From Bacteroidales bacterium (GTDB lineage Bacteria; Bacteroidota; Bacteroidia; Bacteroidales; UBA4181), in NCBI GenBank assembly GCA_031273395.1, contig JAISRX010000129.1, positions 1 through 36,997 on the forward strand: 36,997 nt of DNA, read 5' to 3'. A program made the translations under genes and the position numbers. The notes under the pieces were generated by a model that saw only the letters and a list, made by a program, of their open reading frames with translations, did no database searches and was not told where the DNA came from. Positions 9,019 to 18,466 of this stretch are shown here, one piece after another. How positions within the stretch are numbered: position 1 is the first letter of the stretch; every line of letters begins with the position of its first letter.

Positions 9019-10362
9019 ATGAAGGCTTTATTTCAAACGATAAAAAACATCTGGAAAATTGAGGAACTGAGGACAAGAATACTGTTCACGCTTGGAATAT
9101 TGGTGGTGTACAGGCTTTCTTCATTCGTTACCCTGCCGGGTGTGGACCCGACGCAATTGAAAGCGTTAAGCGACCAGACCGCCGACGGCGTGATGGGTTT
9201 GCTTGACATGTTTTCCGGAGGAGCATTTTCCAACGCCTCTATTGTAGCGCTGGGGATCATGCCCTACATTTCCGCCTCCATTGTGGTGCAGTTGCTGGGC
9301 ATAGCCATTCCCTATTTCCAGAAAATGCAGCGGGAGGGCGAAAGCGGACGCCGCAAAATCAATCAAATTACCCGCTACCTGACCATCCTGATTTTGGTGG
9401 TGCAGGCGCCTACCTATTTGCTTAACCTGCAAAGGCAGATACCCGAAGAAGCCTTCCTTCTGGGAAGCAGTTATGATTTTTGGGACAAAGCATTTCATAC
9501 CATCATCCTGACAAGTGGCACGATGTTTGTCATGTGGTTAGGAGAACGCATTACCGATAAAGGCATAGGCAACGGTATTTCGCTGATCATCATGGTAGGT
9601 ATTATTGCACGTCTTCCGGAGTCGCTGGTGCAGGAACTGTCCATGCGTCTTGAAAATCAGGGCGGTGGGTTGGTTGTCCTGCTGGTAGAAGTGGTTATCT
9701 GGCTTCTGGTGATTGCCGTGTCCATCCTGCTGGTGCAGGGTACGCGGAAAATACCCGTACAATACGCCAAACGTATTGTGGGAAACAAGCAATACGGCGG
9801 CGTGCGTCAGTACATTCCTCTGAAAGTCAATGCTGCCGGAGTGATGCCGATCATCTTTGCACAGGCATTGATGTTCATTCCCGTTACACTGGCAGGATTT
9901 ACCGCCACGGGCGAATCCATGAGCGGTTTTTTGTCCGCATTTACCGATGTTACAGGATTTTGGTATAATTTTGTATTTGCATTTCTTATCGTTATCTTTA
10001 CCTATTTCTACACCGCAGTAACCATCAATCCGACGCAGATGGCGGAAGACATGAAGCGCAACGGAGGGTTTATTCCGGGAGTGAAACCGGGTAAAAAAAC
10101 GATTGAATATTTGGATTCCGTCATGTCGAGGATTACCTTGCCCGGTTCTCTGTTTCTGGCGTTTGTGGCTATATTGCCCGCATTTGCCAAAATATTGCTG
10201 GGGGTGAGTTATCAATTCTCGCAATTCTTTGGCGGCACCACCCTGCTGATTATGGTAGGGGTAGTGCTGGATACCTTGCAACAGATTGAAAGTCACCTGT
10301 TGATGAGGCATTATGACGGATTAATGAAAAGCGGACGGATCAAGGGCCGTTCGGGAAATTAA
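9019..10362 (+). CDS. secY: Preprotein translocase subunit SecY
   Basis: 447-aa polytopic membrane protein with ..LGIMPYISASIVVQLL.., in the canonical position after rplO. Confidence 0.96.
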   Translation: MKALFQTIKNIWKIEELRTRILFTLGILVVYRLSSFVTLPGVDPTQLKALSDQTADGVMGLLDMFSGGAFSNASIVALGIMPYISASIVVQLLGIAIPYFQKMQREGESGRRKINQITRYLTILILVVQAPTYLLNLQRQIPEEAFLLGSSYDFWDKAFHTIILTSGTMFVMWLGERITDKGIGNGISLIIMVGIIARLPESLVQELSMRLENQGGGLVVLLVEVVIWLLVIAVSILLVQGTRKIPVQYAKRIVGNKQYGGVRQYIPLKVNAAGVMPIIFAQALMFIPVTLAGFTATGESMSGFLSAFTDVTGFWYNFVFAFLIVIFTYFYTAVTINPTQMAEDMKRNGGFIPGVKPGKKTIEYLDSVMSRITLPGSLFLAFVAILPAFAKILLGVSYQFSQFFGGTTLLIMVGVVLDTLQQIESHLLMRHYDGLMKSGRIKGRSGN

Positions 10363-10370
10363 GTTCTTTG

Positions 10371-11147
10371 ATGGTTGAAAAGACAGATCAGGAAGTAGAA
10401 TTGCTCAGACAAAGCGCGCTGTTGGTGTCAAAGACTTTGGCGGAAGTGGGTAAGATGATTCGTCCGGGTGTCACCACCCTCGAACTGGATACCCGCGCCG
10501 AAGAATTTATTCGCGACCATGGCGGCGTGCCGGGTTTCAAAGGCTACAGGAAATATCCAAGCACTTTGTGTACGTCGGTCAACAGTCAGGTGGTGCATGG
10601 TCTTCCGTCCAAAAATACGGTATTGAAGGACGGGGATATTATCTCCATTGATTGCGGGGTACTGCTGAACAAATATTACGGCGACAGCGCCTATACCTTT
10701 CAGGTGGGCGAAGTGAGCGAATCCACGCGCCGGTTACTTCGGATCACCAAAGAATGTCTGTTCAAAGGGATAGAAGCAGCCACCGCAAGGAACAGGATAG
10801 GCGATTTGGCGTATGCCATTCAGCAGCACGCCGAAAGCAATACCTATTCGGTGGTGCGCGAATTGGTGGGTCACGGCATCGGCACACAAATGCACGAACG
10901 TCCCGATGTGCCTAATTACGGGCGCAGAGGCGTCGGGATACGGCTAAGGAAGAACATGGTACTGTGTATCGAACCGATGATCAACAAGGGCAAGCGGGAA
11001 GTGATGGAGGAACGCGATGGGTGGACCATCCGAACCAAAGACAACGAACCGTCGGCACATTTCGAATTAACGGTCGCCGTGGGCGAGCAACGGGCGGATG
11101 TGTTATCAACGTTTTCGTTTATAGAAGAAAAGTCGAATTTAAATTAA
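10371..11147 (+). CDS. map: Type I methionine aminopeptidase
   Basis: ..VVHGLPS..GDIISIDCGVLLNKYYGDSAYTF.., ..VRELVGHGIG..MHE.., ..LCIEPM... ATG 10371 immediately follows the TTG at 10368 in the ORF track. Confidence 0.94.
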   Translation: MVEKTDQEVELLRQSALLVSKTLAEVGKMIRPGVTTLELDTRAEEFIRDHGGVPGFKGYRKYPSTLCTSVNSQVVHGLPSKNTVLKDGDIISIDCGVLLNKYYGDSAYTFQVGEVSESTRRLLRITKECLFKGIEAATARNRIGDLAYAIQQHAESNTYSVVRELVGHGIGTQMHERPDVPNYGRRGVGIRLRKNMVLCIEPMINKGKREVMEERDGWTIRTKDNEPSAHFELTVAVGEQRADVLSTFSFIEEKSNLN

Positions 11148-11162
11148 ATGTTGTCATAAGGT

Positions 11163-11381
11163 ATGACCAAACAGCTTTCTATAGAACAGGACGGTACAAT
11201 ACTGGAAGCATTATCCAATGCCATGTTCCGCGTTGAACTGGAAAACGGGCACGTTGTAACCGCCCATATCTCAGGGAAGATGCGGATGAATTACATCAAA
11301 ATCCTTCCGGGGGACAGGGTGAAACTTGAAATGTCGCCTTATGACCTTACCAAAGGACGAATTAAATTCAGGTATAAGTAA
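11163..11381 (+). CDS. infA: Translation initiation factor IF-1
   Basis: 72 aa, ..[57 protein letters not shown].. Confidence 0.96.
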   Translation: MTKQLSIEQDGTILEALSNAMFRVELENGHVVTAHISGKMRMNYIKILPGDRVKLEMSPYDLTKGRIKFRYK

Positions 11382-11400
11382 ACTTGTAAAAAAATAATTA

Positions 11401-12177
11401 GTGAAGAGTTGTAAATTTTTATTGGGTATATGTATCATTGTTGCAGTTCTTTTTTCCTGTAAAAAAGAGAATGAAGGCAATGGTAATGAGACCGAGGAGA
11501 AGGTGTATCTTCCGAAAAGAATATACGGGACAACCGTTTCCGGTAAAGCATGGAGTGGGGAATTTGAATTTGACGCACAAAAGAGATTGACCAAATTCAC
11601 CGCGCCGCACAAGGATGTGGTGATGGAAGTAAGTTACCCGACCGGTACCTCTTATCTGATAAAGTTTCACTACGTAAATTCCGAACAATTCTGGCGTCAG
11701 GAAGAAGCAACGGTAAACGGTAATACAATGCAAGTAGTCGAAAAAACCTACAATGACGCCGGAGTGCAGGAAAATTCTTCAGAATCAACGTTTACGCTCG
11801 AAAATAACAGGGCAGTTAAAGAGGAATTTTCCGGAAGAACAGTGCTTTATACCTATGATGCGGCGGGTAATTTGATTGAAGAGACTGAAGACGGCGAGGG
11901 GCGGACATGCAAGTATGATACCCACAAAGGCATCTTGGGCAATGTTCAAACTCCTCAGTGGATTATGTGGGATATGGATACGGATGAGATTGAGTTTTTC
12001 TATTATTTCGTCAATAATGTGGTTGAAATAACCCTTCCGGCAGAAAAAGACAATAAGATATTGAAGTATCAGTATTCCTATAATGCGGATGACTATCCCG
12101 TATCCATAGTTTATACGGAGCATGACGCCGACGGAATGGAGAAGTCAAGAGAACAGGCAACCATTGAATATTATTAA
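11401..12177 (+). CDS. Lipoprotein of unrecognised family with YD/RHS-like motifs, embedded in the r-protein operon
   Basis: GTG start. MKSCKFLLGICIIVAVLFSC gives a signal peptide and lipobox Cys20, followed by the acidic stretch KKENEGNGNETEE. Motifs FEFDAQKRLTKF, VLYTYDAAGNLIEE and KYQYSYNADDYPV. Same strand as the operon, 19 nt after infA and 15 nt before rpmJ. Confidence 0.75.
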   Translation: MKSCKFLLGICIIVAVLFSCKKENEGNGNETEEKVYLPKRIYGTTVSGKAWSGEFEFDAQKRLTKFTAPHKDVVMEVSYPTGTSYLIKFHYVNSEQFWRQEEATVNGNTMQVVEKTYNDAGVQENSSESTFTLENNRAVKEEFSGRTVLYTYDAAGNLIEETEDGEGRTCKYDTHKGILGNVQTPQWIMWDMDTDEIEFFYYFVNNVVEITLPAEKDNKILKYQYSYNADDYPVSIVYTEHDADGMEKSREQATIEYY

Positions 12178-12192
12178 TAAATAAATAAAACG

Positions 12193-12309
12193 ATGAAGGT
12201 ACGAGCATCTATCAAAAAGAGAAGCGAAGATTGTAAAATAGTGAGACGCAAGGGACGTCTTTATGTGATAAACAAAAAAAATCCGAAGTTCAAACAGCGT
12301 CAGGGATAA
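12193..12309 (+). CDS. rpmJ: 50S ribosomal protein L36
   Basis: Hand-translated 38-aa ORF: [38 protein letters not shown]. Confidence 0.93.
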   Translation: MKVRASIKKRSEDCKIVRRKGRLYVINKKNPKFKQRQG

Positions 12310-12330
12310 TTTAAAACATTATGTTATAAT

Positions 12331-12708
12331 ATGGCAAGAATTGTTGGTGTTGATTTACCAAGAAACAAACGCGGAGAAATAGGTTTGACCTACATCTACG
12401 GAATAGGTCGCAGTTCCGCCCGGAAAATTTTAAGTACAGCCGGTATCGATTTCGATAAAAAGGTACAGGATTGGGATGACGAGGATTTGGGAAAGATTCG
12501 CGCCATCCTGAACGAAGAGTACAAGGTAGAAGGCGAATTGCGTTCTATTGTGCAGTTGAACATCAAACGATTGATGGACATCGGTTGTTACCGCGGCGTG
12601 CGTCACCGCATCGGGCTTCCCGTGCGCGGACAAAGTACCAAAAACAACGCCCGTACCCGTAAAGGTAAGAAGAAAACCGTTGCAAACAAAAAGAAAGCTA
12701 CCAAATAA
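12331..12708 (+). CDS. rpsM: 30S ribosomal protein S13
   Basis: [26 protein letters not shown].., 125 aa. Confidence 0.97.
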   Translation: MARIVGVDLPRNKRGEIGLTYIYGIGRSSARKILSTAGIDFDKKVQDWDDEDLGKIRAILNEEYKVEGELRSIVQLNIKRLMDIGCYRGVRHRIGLPVRGQSTKNNARTRKGKKKTVANKKKATK

Positions 12709-12729
12709 TTTAGTATAGAATAAAGGATT

Positions 12730-13119
12730 ATGGCAAAAAAGTCAGGAACCACCAAGAAAAAAGTTGTAAAAGTAGAACCGACGGGACAGGCGCACATCAA
12801 CGCCTCGTTCAATAACGTCATCATCACATTGTCGAACAATTCCGGTCAGGTCATCTCATGGTCGTCCGCCGGCAAGATGGGTTTCAAAGGTTCGAAGAAA
12901 AACACGCCTTATGCGGCGCAAACCGCAGCAACCGATTGTGCAAAAGTAGCGTTCGATTTAGGCTTGCGCAAAGTGAAGGTTTTTGTGAAAGGACCCGGTT
13001 CGGGACGCGAATCGGCAATCAGGACCATTCACGGGGCAGGCATCGAAGTAACCGAAATTATTGACGTTACCCCGTTGCCGCACAATGGATGCCGTCCTGC
13101 CAAACGCAGAAGAGTGTAA
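12730..13119 (+). CDS. rpsK: 30S ribosomal protein S11
   Basis: ..[44 protein letters not shown].., 129 aa. Confidence 0.97.
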   Translation: MAKKSGTTKKKVVKVEPTGQAHINASFNNVIITLSNNSGQVISWSSAGKMGFKGSKKNTPYAAQTAATDCAKVAFDLGLRKVKVFVKGPGSGRESAIRTIHGAGIEVTEIIDVTPLPHNGCRPAKRRRV

Positions 13120-13170
13120 TTTGTAACTTGGCGCACATCATCATAAAATCATTTTTCAAAAAGTATAACA

Positions 13171-13773
13171 ATGGCAAGATATACCGGACCAAAAACAAAA
13201 ATAGCAAGGAAATTCGGTGAACCGATTTTCGGCTCCGACAAGTCATACGAACGCAAGCCGTATCCTCCGGGACAGCATGGCAACAGCAAAGGGCATAAAA
13301 AGACCTCGGAATACGGCGTTCAATTGAAAGAAAAGCAAAAGGCAAAATATACCTACGGGGTGCTGGAACGGCAGTTCTCGAACCTGTTCGACAAGGCGCA
13401 CCGCAGTCACGGCGTGACGGGAGAGGTTTTGCTGCAACTGCTTGAGTCGCGGTTGGACAATGTGGTTTACCGTTTGGGCATAGCCCCTTCGCGCATGGCG
13501 GCACGCCAGTTGGTGTCCCACCGCCACATTGTGGTGAACGGCGAAGTGGTGAACGTGCCGTCGTATCAGGTAAAGAGCGGACAACAGGTAGGCGTCCGCG
13601 AACGTTCCAAATCGTTGGAAGTCATCACCAACTCCGTATCCCGCCAATCCCGCTATTCGTGGCTGGAATGGGACGCGAGCAGCCTGACGGGTAAATTTCT
13701 CAATGTCCCCGAACGTACCGATATTCCTGAAAATATTAAGGAACAACTGATTGTAGAATTGTATTCAAAATAA
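13171..13773 (+). CDS. rpsD: 30S ribosomal protein S4
   Basis: [20 protein letters not shown].. with an S4 RNA-binding domain (..[31 protein letters not shown]..), 200 aa. Confidence 0.97.
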   Translation: MARYTGPKTKIARKFGEPIFGSDKSYERKPYPPGQHGNSKGHKKTSEYGVQLKEKQKAKYTYGVLERQFSNLFDKAHRSHGVTGEVLLQLLESRLDNVVYRLGIAPSRMAARQLVSHRHIVVNGEVVNVPSYQVKSGQQVGVRERSKSLEVITNSVSRQSRYSWLEWDASSLTGKFLNVPERTDIPENIKEQLIVELYSK

Positions 13774-13783
13774 AAAAAATAAC

Positions 13784-14776
13784 ATGGCGATTTTAGCTTT
13801 TCAACGACCCGATAAGGTAATTATGCTCGAAGCCAACGACAAACACGGCAAATTCGAGTTTCGACCGCTGGAACCCGGTTACGGGATCACGGTGGGTAAC
13901 GCTTTGCGGAGAATTTTGTTGTCTTCTTTGGAAGGGTTTGCTATCACCAAAATCAAAATTGACGGTGTACAGCATGAATTTTCCGCCATTCCCGGAGTGG
14001 TGGAAGATGTAACCGAAATAGTTCTGAATCTGAAACAGATCCGGTTGAAACGGATCGACGATACCGCCGAAAATGAAATCATTCATGTGGTGCTTAACGG
14101 TCAGAGCGAGTTTAAAGCCGGAGATCTGGATAAATTCCTTGTCGGATTTAAGGTATTGAACCCCAATCTGTTGATTTGTACCATGAACGGTCATATCAAA
14201 CTCCAGATGAGGATCGACATCGAGAAGGGACGGGGATATGTCCCTGCCGAAGAAAACAGACCGGAAAATGCGGAAATAGGGTTGATAGCCATTGACTCTA
14301 TCTATACGCCTATCAAAAACGTCAAATACTCAATTGAGAATTATCGCGTAGAACAAAAGACAGACTACGAAAAGTTAGTGATAGAAATTGATACGGACGG
14401 TTCCATTCATCCCAAGGAAGCGCTCAAGGAAGCGGCAAAAATCCTGATCCACCATTTCCTGCTGTTCTCCGACGAGAAAATCACGCTTGAAGAGGATGAA
14501 AAACCGGTCAGCGATGAGTTTGACGAAGAAATTCTCAAAATGCGCCAGTTGCTCAAAACACGTTTAGTGGACATGGACTTGTCGGTGCGTGCGCTCAACT
14601 GCCTGAAAGCCGCAGAAGTGGAAACATTGGGCGATCTGGTCAAGTTCAGCAAAAACGACTTGTTGAAATTCCGTAACTTCGGCAAAAAATCGCTCACCGA
14701 GCTGGACGAGTTGCTGGAAAGCATGAACCTGAATTTTGGAATGGACATAATAAAGTATAAATTAGATAAGGAGTAA
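13784..14776 (+). CDS. rpoA: DNA-directed RNA polymerase subunit alpha
   Basis: ..[28 protein letters not shown].. and the C-terminal domain ..[21 protein letters not shown].., 330 aa. Confidence 0.97.
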   Translation: MAILAFQRPDKVIMLEANDKHGKFEFRPLEPGYGITVGNALRRILLSSLEGFAITKIKIDGVQHEFSAIPGVVEDVTEIVLNLKQIRLKRIDDTAENEIIHVVLNGQSEFKAGDLDKFLVGFKVLNPNLLICTMNGHIKLQMRIDIEKGRGYVPAEENRPENAEIGLIAIDSIYTPIKNVKYSIENYRVEQKTDYEKLVIEIDTDGSIHPKEALKEAAKILIHHFLLFSDEKITLEEDEKPVSDEFDEEILKMRQLLKTRLVDMDLSVRALNCLKAAEVETLGDLVKFSKNDLLKFRNFGKKSLTELDELLESMNLNFGMDIIKYKLDKE

Positions 14777-14783
14777 TCAGCAA

Positions 14784-15368
14784 ATGAGACACGCAAAAAA
14801 GATCAATCATCTTGGTCGTACCAATACGCATCGTAAGGCATTGTTGTCAAACATGGCTTCATCGTTGATACTGCACAAGCGCATATCGACCACCACCGCC
14901 AAAGCTAAAGCATTGAGGGTTTACGTAGAACCGTTAATTACACGGGCAAAGGAAGATACTACCCACTCCCGCCGAATGGTATTCAATTACCTGCAGGACA
15001 AAAATGCAGTATCGGAACTTTTTCGCGAAATTTCCCCTAAAATCATGGATCGTCCGGGCGGTTACACGCGAATACTGAAAACGGGCTTCCGCAAAGGCGA
15101 TGCTGCCGAAACATGTATCATTGAACTGGTGGACTACAACGAAAACATGTTGGTCACTAAAGAAGTCAAAGGCAAGAGCACAACGCGCAGAAGCCGTCGT
15201 GGAGGTAAGAAAAATGCAACAACCGACGTTCCCAAAACAGAGGAAACAAAGGTTGAAAAAACGGCAGATACCTTGCAGCCGCAGATTGAAGACAAGGAAG
15301 CGCCTGCGGAAGAAGTCAAAAATCCCGAAGAAGAAGTTGTAACGCCGGAAGACAGGAAGGAAGAATAA
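14784..15368 (+). CDS. rplQ: 50S ribosomal protein L17 (with K/E-rich C-terminal tail)
   Basis: [45 protein letters not shown]... 194 aa, the last ~70 being low-complexity K/E/T-rich. Confidence 0.95.
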   Translation: MRHAKKINHLGRTNTHRKALLSNMASSLILHKRISTTTAKAKALRVYVEPLITRAKEDTTHSRRMVFNYLQDKNAVSELFREISPKIMDRPGGYTRILKTGFRKGDAAETCIIELVDYNENMLVTKEVKGKSTTRRSRRGGKKNATTDVPKTEETKVEKTADTLQPQIEDKEAPAEEVKNPEEEVVTPEDRKEE

Positions 15369-15396
15369 TCATCCCGATTGCAATGGCAGATATGAG

Positions 15397-15418
15397 AGAG
15401 GCGGCATTTGTCGCCTCT
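15397..15418 (+). terminator. Hairpin terminator after rplQ
   Basis: agaggcg (15397-15403) pairs with cgcctct (15412-15418) around an 8-nt loop, followed by TT. Lies 29 nt after the rplQ stop. Confidence 0.55.
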
Positions 15419-15560
15419 TTGCAGCAACGCACATGGTAAACAACTCGGCGGAGAAATTCCGTTACGAAGAGTGACGGTTATACCAACAAAGGGTCATATA
15501 AATTAGTCCAAAATGAATAAATGAATGCAGGAAAGCCGTACATCATGCATCAACTATCGG

Positions 15561-15743
15561 ACTATTATTCATTTCAATTTGGTATAACTTCATCAAGCCC
15601 CATACAACGCTGAGTAAAAATCGGATAAACCTTTTACGCCCCGTACTCCCGCATTGTGTGCCGGTATTATAAAGCAGAACCGGAATATCGACGACGCTTT
15701 CAAATTGCCTGTGATTATATCAATAAAAACATGACATTACCTT
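15561..15743. repeat. Left arm of a ~175-185-bp inverted repeat
   Basis: By hand alignment, the reverse complement of 15561-15743 matches 18294-18466 at roughly 90% identity with a few 1-4-nt indels. An example shared block is ..ccggttctg(c/t)tttataataccggcacacaatgcgggagtacggggcgta.. Confidence 0.85.
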
Positions 15744-15771
15744 TTTTTGAGGTACTATGAAAAATAATTAG

Positions 15772-15779
15772 TACTTTTG
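15772..15779 (+). promoter_or_regulatory. Candidate promoter (-7 TACTTTTG, -33 TTTG at 15746-15749) for the esterase gene
   Basis: Exact TAnnTTTG match, with a TTTG 22 nt upstream of it. Lies 29 nt inside the left repeat arm boundary. Confidence 0.45.
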
Positions 15780-15934
15780 CAGAAAAGAAGAAATGGGCAG
15801 GAAACGATTAGAGCGACCTGATACGGAAAGTTTATTCACAACCGTATGTAAAATGTTGATACCGGCAAACATTTTGGAGGATTTTGAAGTATGGGGGAGC
15901 ATCGGGTGAGAAAGTGGCAGTAATATTCTCAATA

Positions 15935-17851
15935 ATGAAGTCAAAAAATCGAATCGGAAAAATATCAGGTTTTATAATTATCGGATATATTTTTTTAGCG
16001 TTGCTTTCAACCGTCATGCCGGCTTGTGGAGACGCACGCGAAAAACTTTCGGAGCATCCGTTCATGGACATTGCCCCATCAGATCTGGCACAGTTTTTCG
16101 GGGCGGAAGCCGACAGCAGATCAGTGACGGTTTTGACCAATCAGTCCGCAATCACGGCGACCTCCGACCGTGTCTGGTGTAGCGTCGTTGCGGCAAAAGG
16201 CGGTTTAAACTCCGCTTCGGCAATAGAATTAACTGTTTCCGTTACCGGCAACGACGGCATTGATACCAGAAATGCATTTGTGGCAGTGTCTGCCGGCGTT
16301 TTACCCGATATAACCATTGCCGTGACACAGGAAGGTAATACGCCCTCGCTTTCGGTAACGCCGGAGAACATCGCCATTTCAGGCGACGACAGGCGTTTTT
16401 CGGTGGACGTCGCCGGCAACGTTCCGTTTACCGTCACGTTGCCCGAATGGGTGGAAAACGACGGGAATAATACACCTGTAACCGGCTCCAAAACCTATCA
16501 TTTTATCGCCTCGTCGCCAATGCCGGGCGTGACGCGCGAGGGAAATATCGTTATTGCATCGACTGCCGGAGGGGCTGTCCTGTTGTCGAAAACGGTAAAA
16601 GTTACCCAAACCGCCGAAGCGGGAACAAAAACGCCGACAGGAAGGATTTACCGCACTACGGACGCCAGTTCCTCCTATACCTTCGACCGCGCCGACTATA
16701 CGGTGTTTATTCCCGAAGACGTCGGCGTCATACGCGGCGTATTGGTGCATCAGCATGGTTGCACCATGGAAGGGCTTGGCGCTTCGACGGCTTACGATGT
16801 GCAGTATCAGTCTTTCGCCAAAAAATGGAAACTGGCGGTGGTTGCTCCCGACTTGTATGCTGCCGTGGGTAATTGCGACAAGTGGCGGAATGTGGAATCC
16901 GGTTCGGCGCAGGCATTGTTCGACATGCTGAACGAAGTGGGCGCCCTGTCGGGACATCCTGAAATCGCCGATGCGCCCTTGCTCCTGTGGGGACATTCGG
17001 GCGGCGGCTACTGGACATTATCCATGTTGAAGACTTATCCGGAACGGATCATGGCGATATTCGCCTACTCTCCGGCTTTCGACCCGACATGGAATTATCC
17101 GGAGACAGCGCTTAAAATACCCCTGATGATACGCCATGCCGGAGACGGCGACGCCAATGATCCTCCGGTGAGTTGCCATAACACGGCTTTGCACGCCTTC
17201 GACAGGTTGAGACCCCACGGCGGCTTGGTCAGTTTGGCTTATACTCCCGGACAGACCCATAATTTCAGCTATGTGCGCTACATGGCTATTCCGTTTTTTG
17301 AGGCAGCGCTTGCTCAACGACTTCCCCAAGACGGCGCAGCCGGTTATCAGGCAATGCGCGATATGGATGCTGCTAAAGCATGGTTGGGCGATCCCGACAC
17401 AAAGGAGATCTATAAGGCGTCCGCCTGTACCGGCGACAAAACCGCGTTGCACTGGTTGCCCGACCAAAATACCGCCGCTAAATGGAAAGAATACATCAGC
17501 ACGGGAACCGTAACGGATGTTACGCCTCCGGAGGCGCCTTACGATGTGAAAATCGAGCGGAAAAATCAGACGACGGTAACGCTGACATGGAAAGCGGACG
17601 CCGATATTGAATCGGGTATCAGCCATTTCAATATCCGCAAGAACAACCAGCTGATCGGGCGTTTCCCCTCCTCCGGCAAATATCAGCAGTTCAGTACCAA
17701 CGGCGATGACGCAATTCCGGCGCCGGCGCCGGAATTGCGGATGGCAATAAGCCTTCAGACAACCGAACAGGCTCAATTATCAATAACTGCGGTCAATCAT
17801 TTCGAACTGGAATCGGAAAAGACAACCATATTGGTCGGGAAAAGTGATTGA
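15935..17851 (+). CDS. Secreted lipoprotein: two BACON-like domains + alpha/beta-hydrolase esterase (PHB-depolymerase/feruloyl-esterase-like) + C-terminal FN3 domain
   Basis: ATG 15935 gives MKSKNRIGKISGFIIIGYIFLALLSTVMPAC (signal peptide and lipobox). Two BACON-like repeats: ..VTVLTNQSAITATSDRVWCSV..TIAVTQEGN and ..LSVTPENIAISGDDRRFSVDV..VKVTQTA. Esterase motifs VLVHQHGCTMEG and the nucleophile elbow GHSGGG. FN3-like tail PPEAPYDVKIERKNQTTVTLTWKA... Confidence 0.75.
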   Translation: MKSKNRIGKISGFIIIGYIFLALLSTVMPACGDAREKLSEHPFMDIAPSDLAQFFGAEADSRSVTVLTNQSAITATSDRVWCSVVAAKGGLNSASAIELTVSVTGNDGIDTRNAFVAVSAGVLPDITIAVTQEGNTPSLSVTPENIAISGDDRRFSVDVAGNVPFTVTLPEWVENDGNNTPVTGSKTYHFIASSPMPGVTREGNIVIASTAGGAVLLSKTVKVTQTAEAGTKTPTGRIYRTTDASSSYTFDRADYTVFIPEDVGVIRGVLVHQHGCTMEGLGASTAYDVQYQSFAKKWKLAVVAPDLYAAVGNCDKWRNVESGSAQALFDMLNEVGALSGHPEIADAPLLLWGHSGGGYWTLSMLKTYPERIMAIFAYSPAFDPTWNYPETALKIPLMIRHAGDGDANDPPVSCHNTALHAFDRLRPHGGLVSLAYTPGQTHNFSYVRYMAIPFFEAALAQRLPQDGAAGYQAMRDMDAAKAWLGDPDTKEIYKASACTGDKTALHWLPDQNTAAKWKEYISTGTVTDVTPPEAPYDVKIERKNQTTVTLTWKADADIESGISHFNIRKNNQLIGRFPSSGKYQQFSTNGDDAIPAPAPELRMAISLQTTEQAQLSITAVNHFELESEKTTILVGKSD

Positions 17852-18102
17852 TTATTTTAGGCATTCAAAGGAGCAGACTTCCCAAAGGCAGGACGTTGAC
17901 ATTGCAGGATATGACATCGCTCATTGCATATTAGTGATTGGACGATTTTTTTCTGGCATTACGGATTTTAGACGCCTCATCATGAAGCCCTGTATCAAAA
18001 TTGCGGATGGATTGAAGGAATGGGAAATACCAATTTCAACACAATCCGTATCCATTTTTGTGTACGGTGTTATTTCAGTTCGTTGAAAATGAATGTTTAT
18101 TG

Positions 18103-18176
18103 TGGAGATAAGGGGAATCGAACCCCTGACCTTTTGACTGCCAGTCAAACGCTCTAGCCAACTGAGCTATACCCCC
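18103..18176 (-). tRNA. tRNA-Ala (anticodon GGC)
   Basis: The 74-nt reverse complement GGGGGTATAGCTCAGTTGGCTAGAGCGTTTGACTGGCAGTCAAAAGGTCAGGGGTTCGATTCCCCTTATCTCCA folds as a full cloverleaf. Anticodon loop is CTGGCAG, with the G3:U70 alanine identity pair and discriminator A. CCA is not encoded. Confidence 0.93.
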
Positions 18177-18186
18177 GTTGTGGGCG

Positions 18187-18194
18187 CAAAGATA
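18187..18194 (-). promoter_or_regulatory. Candidate -7 box TATCTTTG for tRNA-Ala
   Basis: The reverse complement of caaagata is an exact TAnnTTTG match ending 10 nt upstream of the mature tRNA 5' end. Confidence 0.45.
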
Positions 18195-18293
18195 TATAAA
18201 TTATCCATACAATGATAAATCGGCAGCTAAAAATATTTAAAAAGTTATTAACTTTCGATGGTTAAAAGATAAAAAGTACATCCATATTTTTAT

Positions 18294-18466
18294 GGTGTCA
18301 TACTTTTATTGATATAATCACAGGCAATTTGAATGCGCCGTCCATATTCCGGTTCTGTTTTATAATACCGGCACACAATGCGGGAGTACGGGGCGTAGAA
18401 GTTTTATCCGGATTTTTACTCAGCGTTGTATGGGGCTTGATGAAGTTATATTGAAAGATAATAATG
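18294..18466. repeat. Right arm of the ~175-185-bp inverted repeat
   Basis: See the left arm (15561-15743); aligned by hand. Confidence 0.85.

Noticed and set aside
15160-15368. K/E-rich ~70-aa C-terminal tail on L17 as an anomaly.
   Set aside because: As far as I recall, extended low-complexity tails on L17 are common in Bacteroidetes. There are no additional sequence signals.
15400-18103. tRNA-Ala 3' end as an integration site for the esterase segment (genomic islet with att repeats).
   Set aside because: I found no direct repeat of the tRNA 3' portion (ttcgattccccttatctcca or its complement) at the far side of the esterase gene, and there is no integrase.
17844-18148. 80-aa and 75-aa ORFs between the esterase gene and tRNA-Ala.
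   Set aside because: One overlaps the tRNA gene and the other overlaps the esterase stop. Neither has motifs or a promoter box.
15561-18466. Phase-variable invertible promoter switch.
   Set aside because: Both predicted promoters and the genes they drive lie inside the segment, so inversion would not uncouple promoter from gene. The arms (~175 bp) are much longer than typical invertase sites. No recombinase gene is nearby.
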